DNA from: Lophium mytilinum
Lineage: Eukaryota
DNA length: 64,000 bases
Assembly: GCA_010093605.1 (NCBI GenBank)
Contig: MU004195.1
Location: 186,001-250,000 of the forward strand
Direction of reading: 5' to 3'
The translations under genes and the position numbers were made by a program. Every line of letters begins with the position of its first letter. Position 1 is the stretch's first letter. Of the stretch, positions 50,115 through 62,233 are shown piece by piece. The notes beneath the pieces were generated by a model. That model ran no database searches, was not told where the DNA came from, and saw only the letters and a list, made by a program, of their open reading frames with translations.

Positions 50115-51619
50115 TCAATCTTTCTTAAAGAAATTCAACAGGTTCGTCTGATTGGGACTGATTGGTTTTGGGCCCTTGTAGGGCTTGCCCTTCGGAGGCT
50201 TCTCACCAATCCTCATGACCTCCATCAGCTCCTCGAACTCTTTCTTCCCCACAACTCCCCCACTAGCCTCCTTATGGCCCCTAGCATAGTTATCCCCGAG
50301 CCTCTCCTTCAATCCGTCCGGTGCCTCACTGGATTCCGCAAAATCTCTCAATTTTCGAATGATGTCGACCGGCTCCTCACGCGCTCTAGCGCTCCTCGTA
50401 ATACGGCACGAGAAGTTCACAAGATCAGGGAGATACCCTTCATTTGCACACATGACGACCTCTAGTTTCTCGCTTTTGAGGTACCCGGCCCAGCGGGTGG
50501 CGATGACGGGGTGAACTTGTGCTTTGCTGTTGATGCGAAGGACGCATATTGTACCGTCGAAGGAGAATTTCGGTGCCGTGTGAGCCCACTTCTCCACCTC
50601 TTCATTGACCTCGAACCTCGCGGCTTTGAGTGTTGGGCTATTCACGATCACGCTTGGTGTTTTGGCTGCAAGGAGGGCGTCCCATGCGGGTTTAACATCG
50701 TAAGAGGCGGCGCGGCGAGGGGCGTTGATCATTGAGACACAGTCGTTGATGGCTTTGCGGGAGTGGAAGTTGAACATGTCGTTCATATTTGGGAAGGGTT
50801 CTTTCCACTTGAGGTTGTTGCCTAAGTCTCCGTGGGTTCCGACTGCGCAGAGCCAGTCGAGATGAGCGCCTAGTTCTGGGTGGAGCTGTGTACAGAGGAG
50901 ATAGGTTAGGAGCGAGGTCGTTACTACTGGAGGGCATTCGCAAGCATTGATGACTACAGCGTTTTCTGGGAAGCCTCCAGCTTCGGCGAAGTGGTGGTCA
51001 ATGATCAGGCCTCGATGCTCGGTGTCGATGATAGGAGGTGCTTTGCGCGATCCCTGGTCCAAGACGAAGATGAAGACCGGCTCGTAGGAGGCCATGGCGG
51101 TTCTTTCGGCCTCGTCGTGCACATTGTTACCCTTTGCGACGAGATGCACGGAAATTAGCTCAGGGGAAAGGCCTAGGTGTGTAAGGGTGTGGTGTAGGAT
51201 GACGCCTGAAGTCAGTCCATCCGCGTCCTTGTCTGGCACAATAAGGGTACGTTTCTGCGCCTTGACGCTGTGGAGAGCTGTTAGTCGAGGACGAGTGCAG
51301 ATGTGCAACGCTGTTTGTGGTGCCCCAGTAGGCCAAATGGAGTCAGGAAGTAGAGAGTAACTGGCGTTTTTCCGGGTCAGATAACCCTTCGAAGCACCAC
51401 AAACAGTGGCACCATAGAGCATTGAGACAGAACTTTAGCCTACCATTCTTGGATGAAAGACTTCGCACGGTCGATCTGGGTCTGAGGAGCTGGCCATATG
51501 GCTTCGCCGGTTTCCGGATCGCGCACCTGAGCAGTGAGATGATAATCTGGAATGGCAATCCTGGGCTTCTTCGGCTTCTTTGAAGGAGGAGCAGGCTCGG
51601 CCTTACGCTTTCCAGCCAT
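50115..51619 (-). CDS. RecJ-like DHH-family phosphoesterase/nuclease
   Basis: Exon 1 MAGKRKAE..., intron 51268-51443, then PDKDADGLTS, VLDQG, IIDHH, VGTHGD, INAPRR, FSCR and RGHKEASG. Confidence 0.85.
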
Positions 51620-52502
51620 AATCGCTGGCGATAGTCTATAATTGAGAGTTGATAGGTTTGAAAGAGCAACGGAAGAAGATTGGGAGGGAAGAGCAGGCTT
51701 GAAAGTTAGTATTGAGTGATGAAAGTGAGAAGAAAGCGGAGTAGCAAGAAGCCAGGTCAACGACCTCACTTTGAAAACGTTAGTTGTTTTCATCGATTTA
51801 GGCCTGATGCATGAAGGTGGTGAGGAAGGTCTTGAATCGATGATGTAGTCGAGCCTTGCGCCACTAGCGCCACATCCGGCCAACCATTACCTATCCATCC
51901 TCCAGGCCTGCAGTTGAAGTGCTAGTACGCTACTTGCATTCGTTGGACAGCACATCAAACATTTCGATACATTCCTGAAACTCTAGATAAGACATAAGTG
52001 TATTCTTGAGCAATCTGCTATCTGGTAGGGCTACCTTCATTGACGTCATTCCACGACTCAAAGAAATTGCCGCATGATCGAGGAAGCCTAAAGTACTTGA
52101 GTTGCATTCAGAGACTCGAAAGAGGGCGAATGCGCTATCTTCAATTGCTTTTTATGTCGAATGGTCATCTCAGGCGAAGTAGCAGACTACTCAAAATACA
52201 TTATAACACATACAAGTCCACTTTTGGCGAAGTATACTGGGACGCCACGAGCAATGGTTGCCAGTATACACAGATATCTGACTCATGTACATTAGTATAA
52301 TCTCAACTTCGCATATAGCTGCAGTATCTTCTTCACAGACTTCGAGAAAGGGTTTAAAGCCTCAAGGCTATTTTGATTTGGCCAAAACCGTAGACCCATG
52401 TAGAGCCCTAGAAAAGACAAAGGAAGAGAGCCTGTACAGCCTTGGGAAGGCCCTTCAGAAGGTCGAATTCGTGGGGATGTAAGTGCCCCTTCCGCAATGT
52501 CG

Positions 52503-53184
52503 TTAGGCGTCTGCCTCATCTCCTGCTCGAAGCACAACCGCCATTCTCAACTTACCCGCCGCTTCCAGCTCATCGCATCCTTTGCAGACAAGCGGACCAT
52601 CATCCTCGTTGGCCTGGTCCAGCTTGTACTGCTTCTCGCAAGCCTCAAATATCGGGTCAAAGTCCAAGCGCTCCTCATCATCCCAGAAAACGAAAGAATA
52701 GCCCAACGATCCCAATCCTCCCCTAGCCGCCGCCTGCATGCGGTCCTCGATCTTTTCTCTCAGGAAACCCCCAAGGTCGCCTCCGACATTCTCTCCGATG
52801 GCAAATCGCTCAAAAATGGCAGTTGCCTTCCGTTCGAAAGCTTTACGGCAGGCGTCGCTGTGATTGTCAAAGCGGGTGGGGAGCTCCTGTTGAAAATCTT
52901 CAAGGACGGCGGAGATGATTACGGACTGGTACAGCAGGAGTGCCTGGCGGTTTTCCGTTAGTGTCATGTCCAAGAAAGCCTAGGTGCGATCCGCCCAAAA
53001 CGCTGGCTGATGCTGGAGGTAATGTTAATCGGGGAGTGCTCACCATTTGCTTGAATTCTTCGGGATTGATGGTTTGCTTATCGGAATGGGTGGACTGCTC
53101 CGTAAGGTCGATATTTGGCTCCTTGGATATGAGATCCTGCTCGTTGGTCGCTGCGTCGATAGATGGCAAGTTCGTGGTAGCCAT
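52503..53184 (-). CDS. Hypothetical protein (two exons)
   Basis: ATG at 53184 (MATTNLPS...). Intron ~52943-53043 has a GTGAGC donor, CTAAC branch point and CAG acceptor; the second exon stays open. Confidence 0.55.
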
Positions 53185-53570
53185 GATGAGCTGGGCGAGG
53201 CTGCTTGAGCCTGGAGAGCAAACGTGAGCCACCGAGTAGGAAGAAAGAGTGCATTGACAGCGTTGCTGACGCAACTCGAATGGTTTGAGTGAAGAGCAGT
53301 GAGTGAAGTGAAGTCGCCGCTAGTGGTCGGCTTTACGGCCGCGAGAAAAATGCCACAGCCCTCCGAACTCCTGCTGTATCAACGAGAAATGCCTAGGTTT
53401 GAAAAACAACGCATGTCGTCCGATCTTTGAGAGTATCAAGCTAACCAAACAACAAATAATGTTCGCCTTACTTAGATGAAACTGCGCCTCATGATGCAGA
53501 AGTCAACATTGATTTCCAACCACTGATAGTAGAAAACACATACCTACGACTAGACTAACACTAAAACCTT

Positions 53571-54956
53571 CTACAACTTCGCATCCCCCAAACTCTTCCT
53601 CCCTCCAAACCCGAAGAGATACGCAGCCACCTTCCTCATCTGAATCTCCTCACTCCCCTCCGTAATCCTATATCTCCGATGATGTCTCCAGATATGCTCG
53701 AAGGGAAAGTGCCTACTATATCCATTGCCACCATGAACTTGAATCGCCCGATCCGCCGCCTCACAGCACAGCCTATTAGCCCAGTAGTTACACATAGATA
53801 CCTTGTCCCCAAGCTTCTTCTCAATTTCTGCATGCGGCATCGAGTCCATCTCCAGGGCTGTCTTACGGATCAATAAACGCAACATCTCGGCTTGCGTCGC
53901 TAACTCAACGAGCGGGAACTGGATGGCCTGGTTGTGCGCCAGAGGCACTCCGAAGGGAGCGCGCTCATTGGCGTACTCGACTGATGATTTAATGCAGAAG
54001 ACGGCGGCGCCGAGGGATGACGCCGCCTGGCGGATGCGGTTCTCATGGACAAAGGCTTGCGCGACGGCAAGGCCATTGTGGATGGGTCCCAGGACGGAGG
54101 TGGACGAAACCCAGACGTTTTTGATGGAGACGGTGGCGTGGTCGGTTGGCATGTTCAGCGTCCTTTAGACAATCAGTATCTGGACCCTCTCCTCTAATAA
54201 TGGGATACAGGGTGGAAGGGAATATACAAACCATTGATAACTCTCTGCCTTGATTCCCGGGTCCTGCCTAGGCGCAATAAAACAGCTAATCCCCTTCACA
54301 CTCCCATCCTTCCCCTCAGTCCTCGCAAAAATGAAGCAATGCGTCGCATTGTGCATCCCTGTCTGCCACTTCTTGAACCCGTTGATCAACCACCCATCAA
54401 CCCCATCCCGCTTCTCCGGCCTCGCTCGCGTCTCCATATGCGTTGCATCACTCCCATGATTCGGCTCCGTCAGCCCAAACGTAATCCGCACCTTACCCTG
54501 CAACCGGCCCCCAATCAGCTCCTTCTTCTGCGCCGGCGTCCCAAAATTTTCTACCATGATCACGTCGGGGAAGTTGCCGACCATCGAGTGCTCAGTTTGG
54601 AGGTCGTTGAAGAGTCCGAGGCCTTTGGCGGCGAGGTGCTCTCTGATAACAGCCATCCAGAGATTGCTTCCTCGACCGTCGCTGCTGTTCTGGCCTCCAT
54701 ACTCTTTTGGCAGTGAAAGGCGGTAGAAGCCTGCCTCATCTGCCAGCTGTTTCGACTCGGCGAGCAGCTCTTCCCACTCTGGGCGTGGTAGACCGTTATT
54801 GTCCCAATCCGTTCGGGCGTGCTCGCGACGGTGATCGAAGAAACGATTATTGTCGTTCTTGTTCTGCAATGGCGTGATCTTTGTTTGTATGAAGTTGTCT
54901 AGGTCTTTGAGATACTGAACGAGATCCGGAGGTAGCGAGAAGTTCATGGCGGCCAT
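53571..54956 (-). CDS. Acyl-CoA dehydrogenase with PTS1 (-AKL)
   Basis: FGLTEPNHGSDA, INGFKKW, YANERAPFG, AIQVHGGNG and RITEGSEEIQ. Intron 54163-54231; C-terminal AKL. Confidence 0.93.
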
Positions 54957-55605
54957 TATGGAAGTCTCAAGGTGTGATTAGCAGTACAAGGAGAGTATAG
55001 AGATCCAGAAGAGTAGAAAAAGGAAAGAGATGGATGAAATGGAATTGATTTGAATTGCTATATACGTTGATCATGGTGGCCCCATGCTGACTCGCACGGG
55101 TCGTTTGCTCCCGGGGAGGTTTGATGGTGATGTTCATGCGGGCGGGGTCTAAGAGGCCGAGGTTGGATGGTATAGAAATCACGTGAGAAACTGCCCATAC
55201 TCCTCTGCTTTGGCCAAGTTAGCCTACCGGGTGTTCGGAATTTCCGACTTCGTCTCACATGGATTTCTGAACATAAGGGACCACAAGCGGCGGCAAATGC
55301 TTGTATATAAACCTATAAAGATCTATGCATGGCATCTTGATCCGCTCTCGCAGCGGATGTCAGGAAGCCGTGAGCACGCAGAAATCCACAACCGCGGAAC
55401 TATCACACCGAATACAGTGTGATATTCCACACCTTTGGGGTGCCACTTAGTATTTCCTGGGTGTCCAAATGCAAAATCGAAGGAATATGATCTACAAAGT
55501 CCGAGGAAAAGTCCTTTTTGATGCCGTGAAAATGCAAGAGTGCGCCAATCGCTATGCAAAATATGAAACCCAGGGTATCTGTGATGAATAAGGCAGCCTG
55601 CGCCT

Positions 55606-57776
55606 TCAAGGACCCCGAAAGTCGTTGAAAATGCCAATCAAGTCGTCAACGCGCTCCAGTTGAACCAAGAGCTTCAACTCGGTCTGTGACCACTCGCGTA
55701 GCTTTTGTTTGTCCAACTTGCTCAAATACTTATCTTCGTTACCTTTGACGTCCGTACGTTCCGCTTTCTCGATGTGTTCGAGCTTCGCTAGGCGCTCCAT
55801 CTCGATTCTCTGGAGGATACGAGCCATGGCTTTGTACGCATCCTCCAACAGTAACCGCCTGACCCGGTCCTGGTCGTAGAACCACAGGAATATAGTTCGG
55901 CTCGGATGACGACTGTTGTCTTTTGGAATTTCTTGAAGGTCCAGGAAACCCGCTGCTTGCATCTGACTGAGGATAGGACGGATTTCTTTTGGTCGGCACA
56001 TACCCAAGCTGGCAACTTGTTTCTCGTCCAATTTACCCTTGTTATGCAGAAGTCGCAGGAGTCGCATGCCGAGGCGTTCGAATCGAGATTGAACAGTCTC
56101 TTCAATTTGGTTCTGGATGAGGTACTTGCTTAGACGTGGAAACTCCACATACCATTCACTGATTCCTCGTGAGCTGGCCCAACTAGCAAGGTGCCGAGGA
56201 TCTTCGGAGAGCATCTTGATGTGTCTCTCGACTAGCTTGCCTCGGTTGACTAAGGTATCGCTACCATCCTTGGTGTTTCCATTGACGAATTCGGGATTTT
56301 CAGCGAGACCGTCGTAGAGGTCTACACTCTTGTCCAGGACTTCCGCAACTCTCACGACGCTAGCCTTTGCGTCAATAACGACGACGATCTTGTCCGGGTC
56401 CGGGTCGGGATCGACGAATTTATATGGATCATAGCATCTTGGGAGCTGTTCTTCTAAAAGTTGGAGAAAGGCTCTATACACCTTGGACGTTGTTTCTCCG
56501 ATGAAACGGTTTGCCAGACGGACGAGCTGTTCTGTGCGCATTGCAACGCTGACCTTTTCTGGGCTGACGCGCACAACGAGATCGCCCTATTGAAGATTAG
56601 GCAAAGTCGGGGAGAGAGCATCAATTGCCTTACATCGAGCAACACGCCGTCATCAGCAGCGAACCCTGCTTTGGAGTAACTGGCACCATTCACACCGTTT
56701 GTTCTGGCTCGTTTGGCGGGCGGCAAGGCAGAGGACGTGGCGGGACGTTTGGAGCCGGTTTGGATGCTTGAAGTCGAGAAATCGAGCCCTTGATCCCGTA
56801 GCTGGCGCATGCGCTCTTTGAGATGGCGGTGCAGCGCCTGAACCTGCTTCGGACCTTTTGGGGGCTTACCCTTTTCGAAACGATGGTCTAGGACCCAAGC
56901 TTCGGCGTCAAGGCGTTGGTCGGAGAGAGGCCAGAAATCTCGCTGGTCCACAGGGACGATCCAACCGGCCTTCAGCAGGCGGTGTAGGATGGCATGCATC
57001 TCAGCATCAGACTCGACGTAGGTTTCTGGCTTGTCCTGAACGATTGCCGATCCATTGGTAGTGACTCCATTGCTGTTCTCCACGCTGCCGACTTCCCCGC
57101 CGTTACCAGCGCTATCGTCATTGCTTGCGTCGCCACTGATAGCCTTTTTGGCGCTTGTCATCTGACCGTTGACGCCCTCATGCTTGATCGTGGTTCCGTT
57201 TGGAAGCGTCGAGCTCACATCCGCCTTCTTGTGAATCTTTCCGTAGGCAGCCGCGAGATCAGAGACTTTCGCATGTCCCGAGTTCAGCAATGTAGTGACA
57301 ATTTCGCCGGCCTCTTGTCCATACCGCCCCTCTACTAGTCTCGCGATCTTCCCGAGGCGTCCCAGATTGTGCGCGTGTTCCCAGCTGACTTCGTAAAATG
57401 CGATTTCCTCAAGCTCGGATTGGAGGACAAGTTGGAATTGTAGAAGGGTGGCGAGGCCGTGCTTGAAAAGCTTGCTGGTGAGGGTCGATGCTCGAATAAG
57501 ACCAGCTAGATGCTGCCGCCCAACATGCGCAACCGTAGCAAAGACGTCCTGGGAAAATCAGCACCGAGCTTTAACTAGGTCGCACAGGCGAGAATTGTGC
57601 AAGGAATATGTGAAACCCCACGCAGGAAGCCGAGTATAGTACTTACAGCAGCCAATTCGCCAAACTCCTTCTCTACGAGGAGCGTGCAGAGCTCCGTAAC
57701 GTTCTGCAGAGAAAGTCAGTATGATTCATCCCACTTGGAGCGTTCGGGTCGGGCATGCGCGACGTACTTTCGACAT
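55606..57776 (-). CDS. RPC82: RNA polymerase III subunit C82/RPC3
   Basis: MSK/NVTELCTLLVEKEFGELAA N-terminus, LLHNKGKLDEKQ and LQEIPKDNSRHPSRTIFLWFYD; several introns. Confidence 0.9.
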
Positions 57777-58033
57777 GATGTGCTAGAGATGTTGCCAGAT
57801 CTCTAGACAGGCACGGATGCTACCGGAAAGAAGACATGAAGAAGCCTGGTGGCCGGGGTGCTGAGAGTGAAGTAAAATAGAAGCTTCCCCCGCTAGAACG
57901 GGCTTGCAATGTGGTGGAGGAGTCACGTGCAAACATTCCTTGGCGCAACACCTCGTTTCGACATCTTCCCATCCGGCCGCCATCTTCAACCAGCACCCAC
58001 CTCTATCCATTGACTGCCGCCCACCCCGTCACG

Positions 58034-59595
58034 ATGCTCTCGCGCTCTGCTCTCCGCCGGGGCGCTCTACGGTGCCAGTTCGCGCAGCCCGTGCAAAAGC
58101 GCTACCTTGCCGAAGCTGCGTCCGGCTCGTTCCAGTATCAGACCGGCGATGCCAGCGGAGTCAAGATCGCTAGTAGAGATCTCGCAGGACCTACAACGAC
58201 CCTCGCCTTGGTGTCGAAGGCCGGCACGAGATACCAGCTGCTCCCTGGGCTGACGGAGGGCCTAGAGAAATTCGCATTCCGGGTACGGCTATCCAATTGA
58301 GACGGAAAGAAAGCTGCCCTGAAGCTCTGCTAACCTTCAATTCTGCGGCAGGGGACAGAACGACGGTCCGCGTTGCGCATTGTTCGAGAATCCGAGCTCC
58401 TGGGCGCCGAATTGGAATCCTACCACTCCCGGGAGAACCTCGTCATTGGAGCCAAGTTCCTGCGAGACGACCTCCCATACTTCGTCGAGCTACTCGCTGA
58501 AGTTGCGTCTTCGACAAAATACCTTCGTATGTAGAAGTGACCATGGATGGCGTTCAGATGATTGGAATTGACAATTGCAACAGCCCATGTCTACACCGAA
58601 GAGGTTCTCCCTCTCATCAAGCTGGCCCACAAGAAGTTCTTGGCCAGCCCCAAGGCGATAGCTCTCAGCTCAGCGCATAGCCTGGCTTTCCACCGCGGTC
58701 TCGGGACGCCCGTGAGCCCCGCGTCTGCCACGCCATACACGAAATACCTAGCCGCCGACACCATCGAATACTTCGCCCAGTTTGCCTACGCAAAGCCCAA
58801 CTTCGCCATTGTTGCCAACGGTGCTGAGCATGCCGACCTGTCGAAATGGGTCAACGAGTTCTTCGGTGGCGTGTCCGCCAAAGCCCCAGAAGACCTGCTC
58901 CAGTCCGTCCGGGATAAACAGACCAAGTACTACGGTGGTGAGGAGCGTATTGCCCACGGCTCCGGCAACTCGTTGGTCCTCGCTTTCCCCGGCTCAAGCT
59001 CCTTTACGGGCGGTTTCTACAAGCCCGAGATCCAGGTTTTGGCGTCCCTACTTGGCGGCAAGTCCAGCATCAAGTGGTCGTCCGGCTTCTCCCTGCTCTC
59101 CAAGGCCGCCGCCAGCCCCGGCACCAGCGTGGAAACCAAGAGCGCCATCTACTCCGACGCCGGCCTTCTGTACATCAACATCAACGGCACTGCAGAGAAC
59201 GTCTCGGCGACTGCCATTGAGGCTGTCAAGACGCTGCACAGTATCGCAGGCGGCAAGATCAGCGCCGAGGACATCAAGAAGGCGAAGGCAGCGGCTAAGT
59301 TCCAGGAGCTCGAGACCGGCCAGGACATCACGGCAGGTTTGGAGCTGACTGGCTCTGGATTGACTCACGGAAGTAAGGCATACCAGCTCGACGAGACGGC
59401 GAAGGCTATCGAAGGTGTTACGGATGCTCAAGTTAAGGCTGTAAGTATCCCAAATTATGAATATCACAGTACTCTCAAGCTAATATATCTATTTCGCAGG
59501 CCGCCAAGACATTGCTCGAGAGCAAGGCAACAGTATCAGCAGTCGGCGATCTCTTCCTGCTGCCGTACGCGGAGGATCTAGGGCTCAAGGTGTAA
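58034..59595 (+). CDS. QCR2: Cytochrome bc1 complex core subunit 2
   Basis: Arg-rich presequence, KAGTRYQ..GLEKFAF, RSALRIVRESELLG, LLGGKSSIKWSSG, YSDAGL and VGDLFLLPYAEDLGLKV; three introns. Confidence 0.95.
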
Positions 59596-59966
59596 ATATC
59601 ATATAGAGAAAAGAGCGGGTTGCTTGTTTGTTGAAGGGTTGTCTTGGTCTTGAGTGTACCATTATCCTGTGATTAGTCCAGACTAGAGATGTTGTACTTG
59701 TGGCATATCGAATCGAAGCTTTCTTGAATTCATTATGCGACTTTATATGTGGTGTATAATGTTTGTACATGATGTAAAGGGTATCGAGTTCGCAGTATTT
59801 TTACCAGATCCGGCTTTCCTATAATCGACGAAGCACCGAAGACTTGTCTGCGTGACTGCTCGTGTGTTTTCGTGGCTCCGTCTTTTGGTGCTTCTGCATC
59901 CTGTGCTCCTCATATTGGGAACCTTCACCAGCCCTGTTGTATCCGGACTCCCGCGAGTAGTCTTTC

Positions 59967-60249
59967 TCAGACTGTCTTTTCTCCCCCGATCTTCTCCCAC
60001 GCCAACCCAACCCTCCGCCTTAGTACGTCTACTGTCTGTGCTGTGTTCCGGCCCTTCTCTTTCTCTTCGCGACTTATCCGGGCGGCTGCAGCGCCTGCGC
60101 CGATGACGAGGGCGAAGACAGGATCGAGGCGTCTGTGGGATGAGGTGTCAGATGGTTGAGGTAGGGGTAGTGGGATGAGGGGTAGGGGCATCGATTGGAG
60201 GGGCAAGGGAAGGGAGGGCGCACTTTGAGATTATGTAGGCGTAGGCCAT
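59967..60249 (-). CDS. NCE101: Non-classical export protein 1 family microprotein (~63 aa)
   Basis: MAYAYIISK, intron 60133-60223, then RLDPVFALVIGAGAAAARISREEKEKGR. Matches the Nce101-type YxISK..DP.FA..IG pattern. Confidence 0.78.
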
Positions 60250-60965
60250 GATGTGGGTTCTTGGCTCGCCTCTCGTAGGGCGTATAGATTGCGGTTGGGA
60301 GTCTAGAGCAGGGCTGTATGAGTTGGTGATTGGTATCAAAGACGTGGTGATTCGTGGGGTTCGACGTTCGTTGGTGGTGGAGCTTGGGATGATCTGCGGG
60401 AGTGGAGAGCTTGGGACGGGTGGCTGGAGCTTGGGCGGATGAGGTCAAGAGAACCGTGGATCAGGCAAACGGAATCCAAGGTTTAATTTTGGGGGATTTG
60501 CTAGCCCGTTCAACAGATGTGGCCTTAGGATATTTCGCGGTCATAATTGTCATTTTTGAGTCTGTGGTCATGTGGATGGTTGCAGCTGACTGAACTGCTC
60601 TCTGACTGAACTGTGCTCTCAGTATAAGGCCGCATTTCAGAACCATATCACGTAGATCTAGCAGTGTGAGGTACCAATGTGTTGATTTGGGGGTTATGGA
60701 GAAGGAGGAAAGGCGCAAAGACAGTGGAAATCAAAAGCCTGTCCCATCATCCTGCCTTCCGTCTGCATCTTATCAACGAGACCCGTTCCTCATGAATGCG
60801 CGAGGTGTGAAGTTGTCCATAGGAACCTCCGCAATATCAGGCCCGCTGCCTCCTCTGTAGTCGTGTCGTGCATGAAAGTCAAAACCAAATCGCAACATCC
60901 CACAACGCCGTGTTCGAGCGCCATCTGCCGTCGAGAAACCCGGAAATCGAAAAGGACGGACCAGC

Positions 60966-61482
<517 letters not shown>

Positions 61483-62233
61483 CTTTGCTAGTGACGGTGG
61501 GCTGTAGGTTTGTGAGAGTTGTGGAGGTTGTATGTTGGTGGAAAGCTGGTGGTTGTGTGAGAAGGTGGCGGTGAGGTAGGTGGAGGATGAAGGCAGCAGC
61601 ACAGCGCGGCGGGTTTAAGAGGGGCACGCAGGCAGGCGGACAGGCGCGTCACGTGGGGATATAGGCAGGTGAATTCGATGGCAGTTGTATAAGCACCTCC
61701 ACGTCAAGGCGGCAACGTCACTTTATCTAGTCGTGGGTGCCCAGCTGGGCAGTGGATGAGTGATTCAGCGCCGCGCACAGCAAACTGCACAGCCGCCCTT
61801 TGTCCGTGGGAGGGCGCAACCTGAGCCGCGGGGAGTCATGAGGCTGAGCCGATGCAGCTATCCAGGTCACTTGCTTGCTGAAGCTTGACTCACCCGCGAC
61901 TGGGCGAGGTACTCCAAGCCACTGCTCTGTATCATGGGAGCTGTCGCCAGTATTCGACCTCCTATCCTCAAGATGTGTGAATACAGCCTCCCCGTGATCT
62001 GGTACCTGCAGCTCGAGCATGAGCTTCTCCCAGCAAATGATTCGCCGCCCTCGCTTGCACCGTCCGTGGTGTGATGACCCTCACTCCACACCATGTAGGC
62101 CGATGTTTCTTCTTCTCAACATATCTAATTCTCCGCGCCCCCTTACTCCTGTCTCCAGGACCCGTCAAACTGCCCTGATTCTCCATGCATCTCCCGTAAA
62201 AGGCCCTGCCATCCTGCGTGCAATTAGACCACC

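Noticed and set aside
51268..51443. TPP riboswitch, hammerhead or C/D snoRNA in the DHH intron
   Set aside because: Conserved cores (UGAGA plus CUGAU...AGCG, CUGAUGA/GAAA, RUGAUGA) are not present in the required arrangement.
55323..55637. Short ORFs overlapping the RPC82 stop
   Set aside because: Most simply 3'UTR or intergenic sequence; no family signature.
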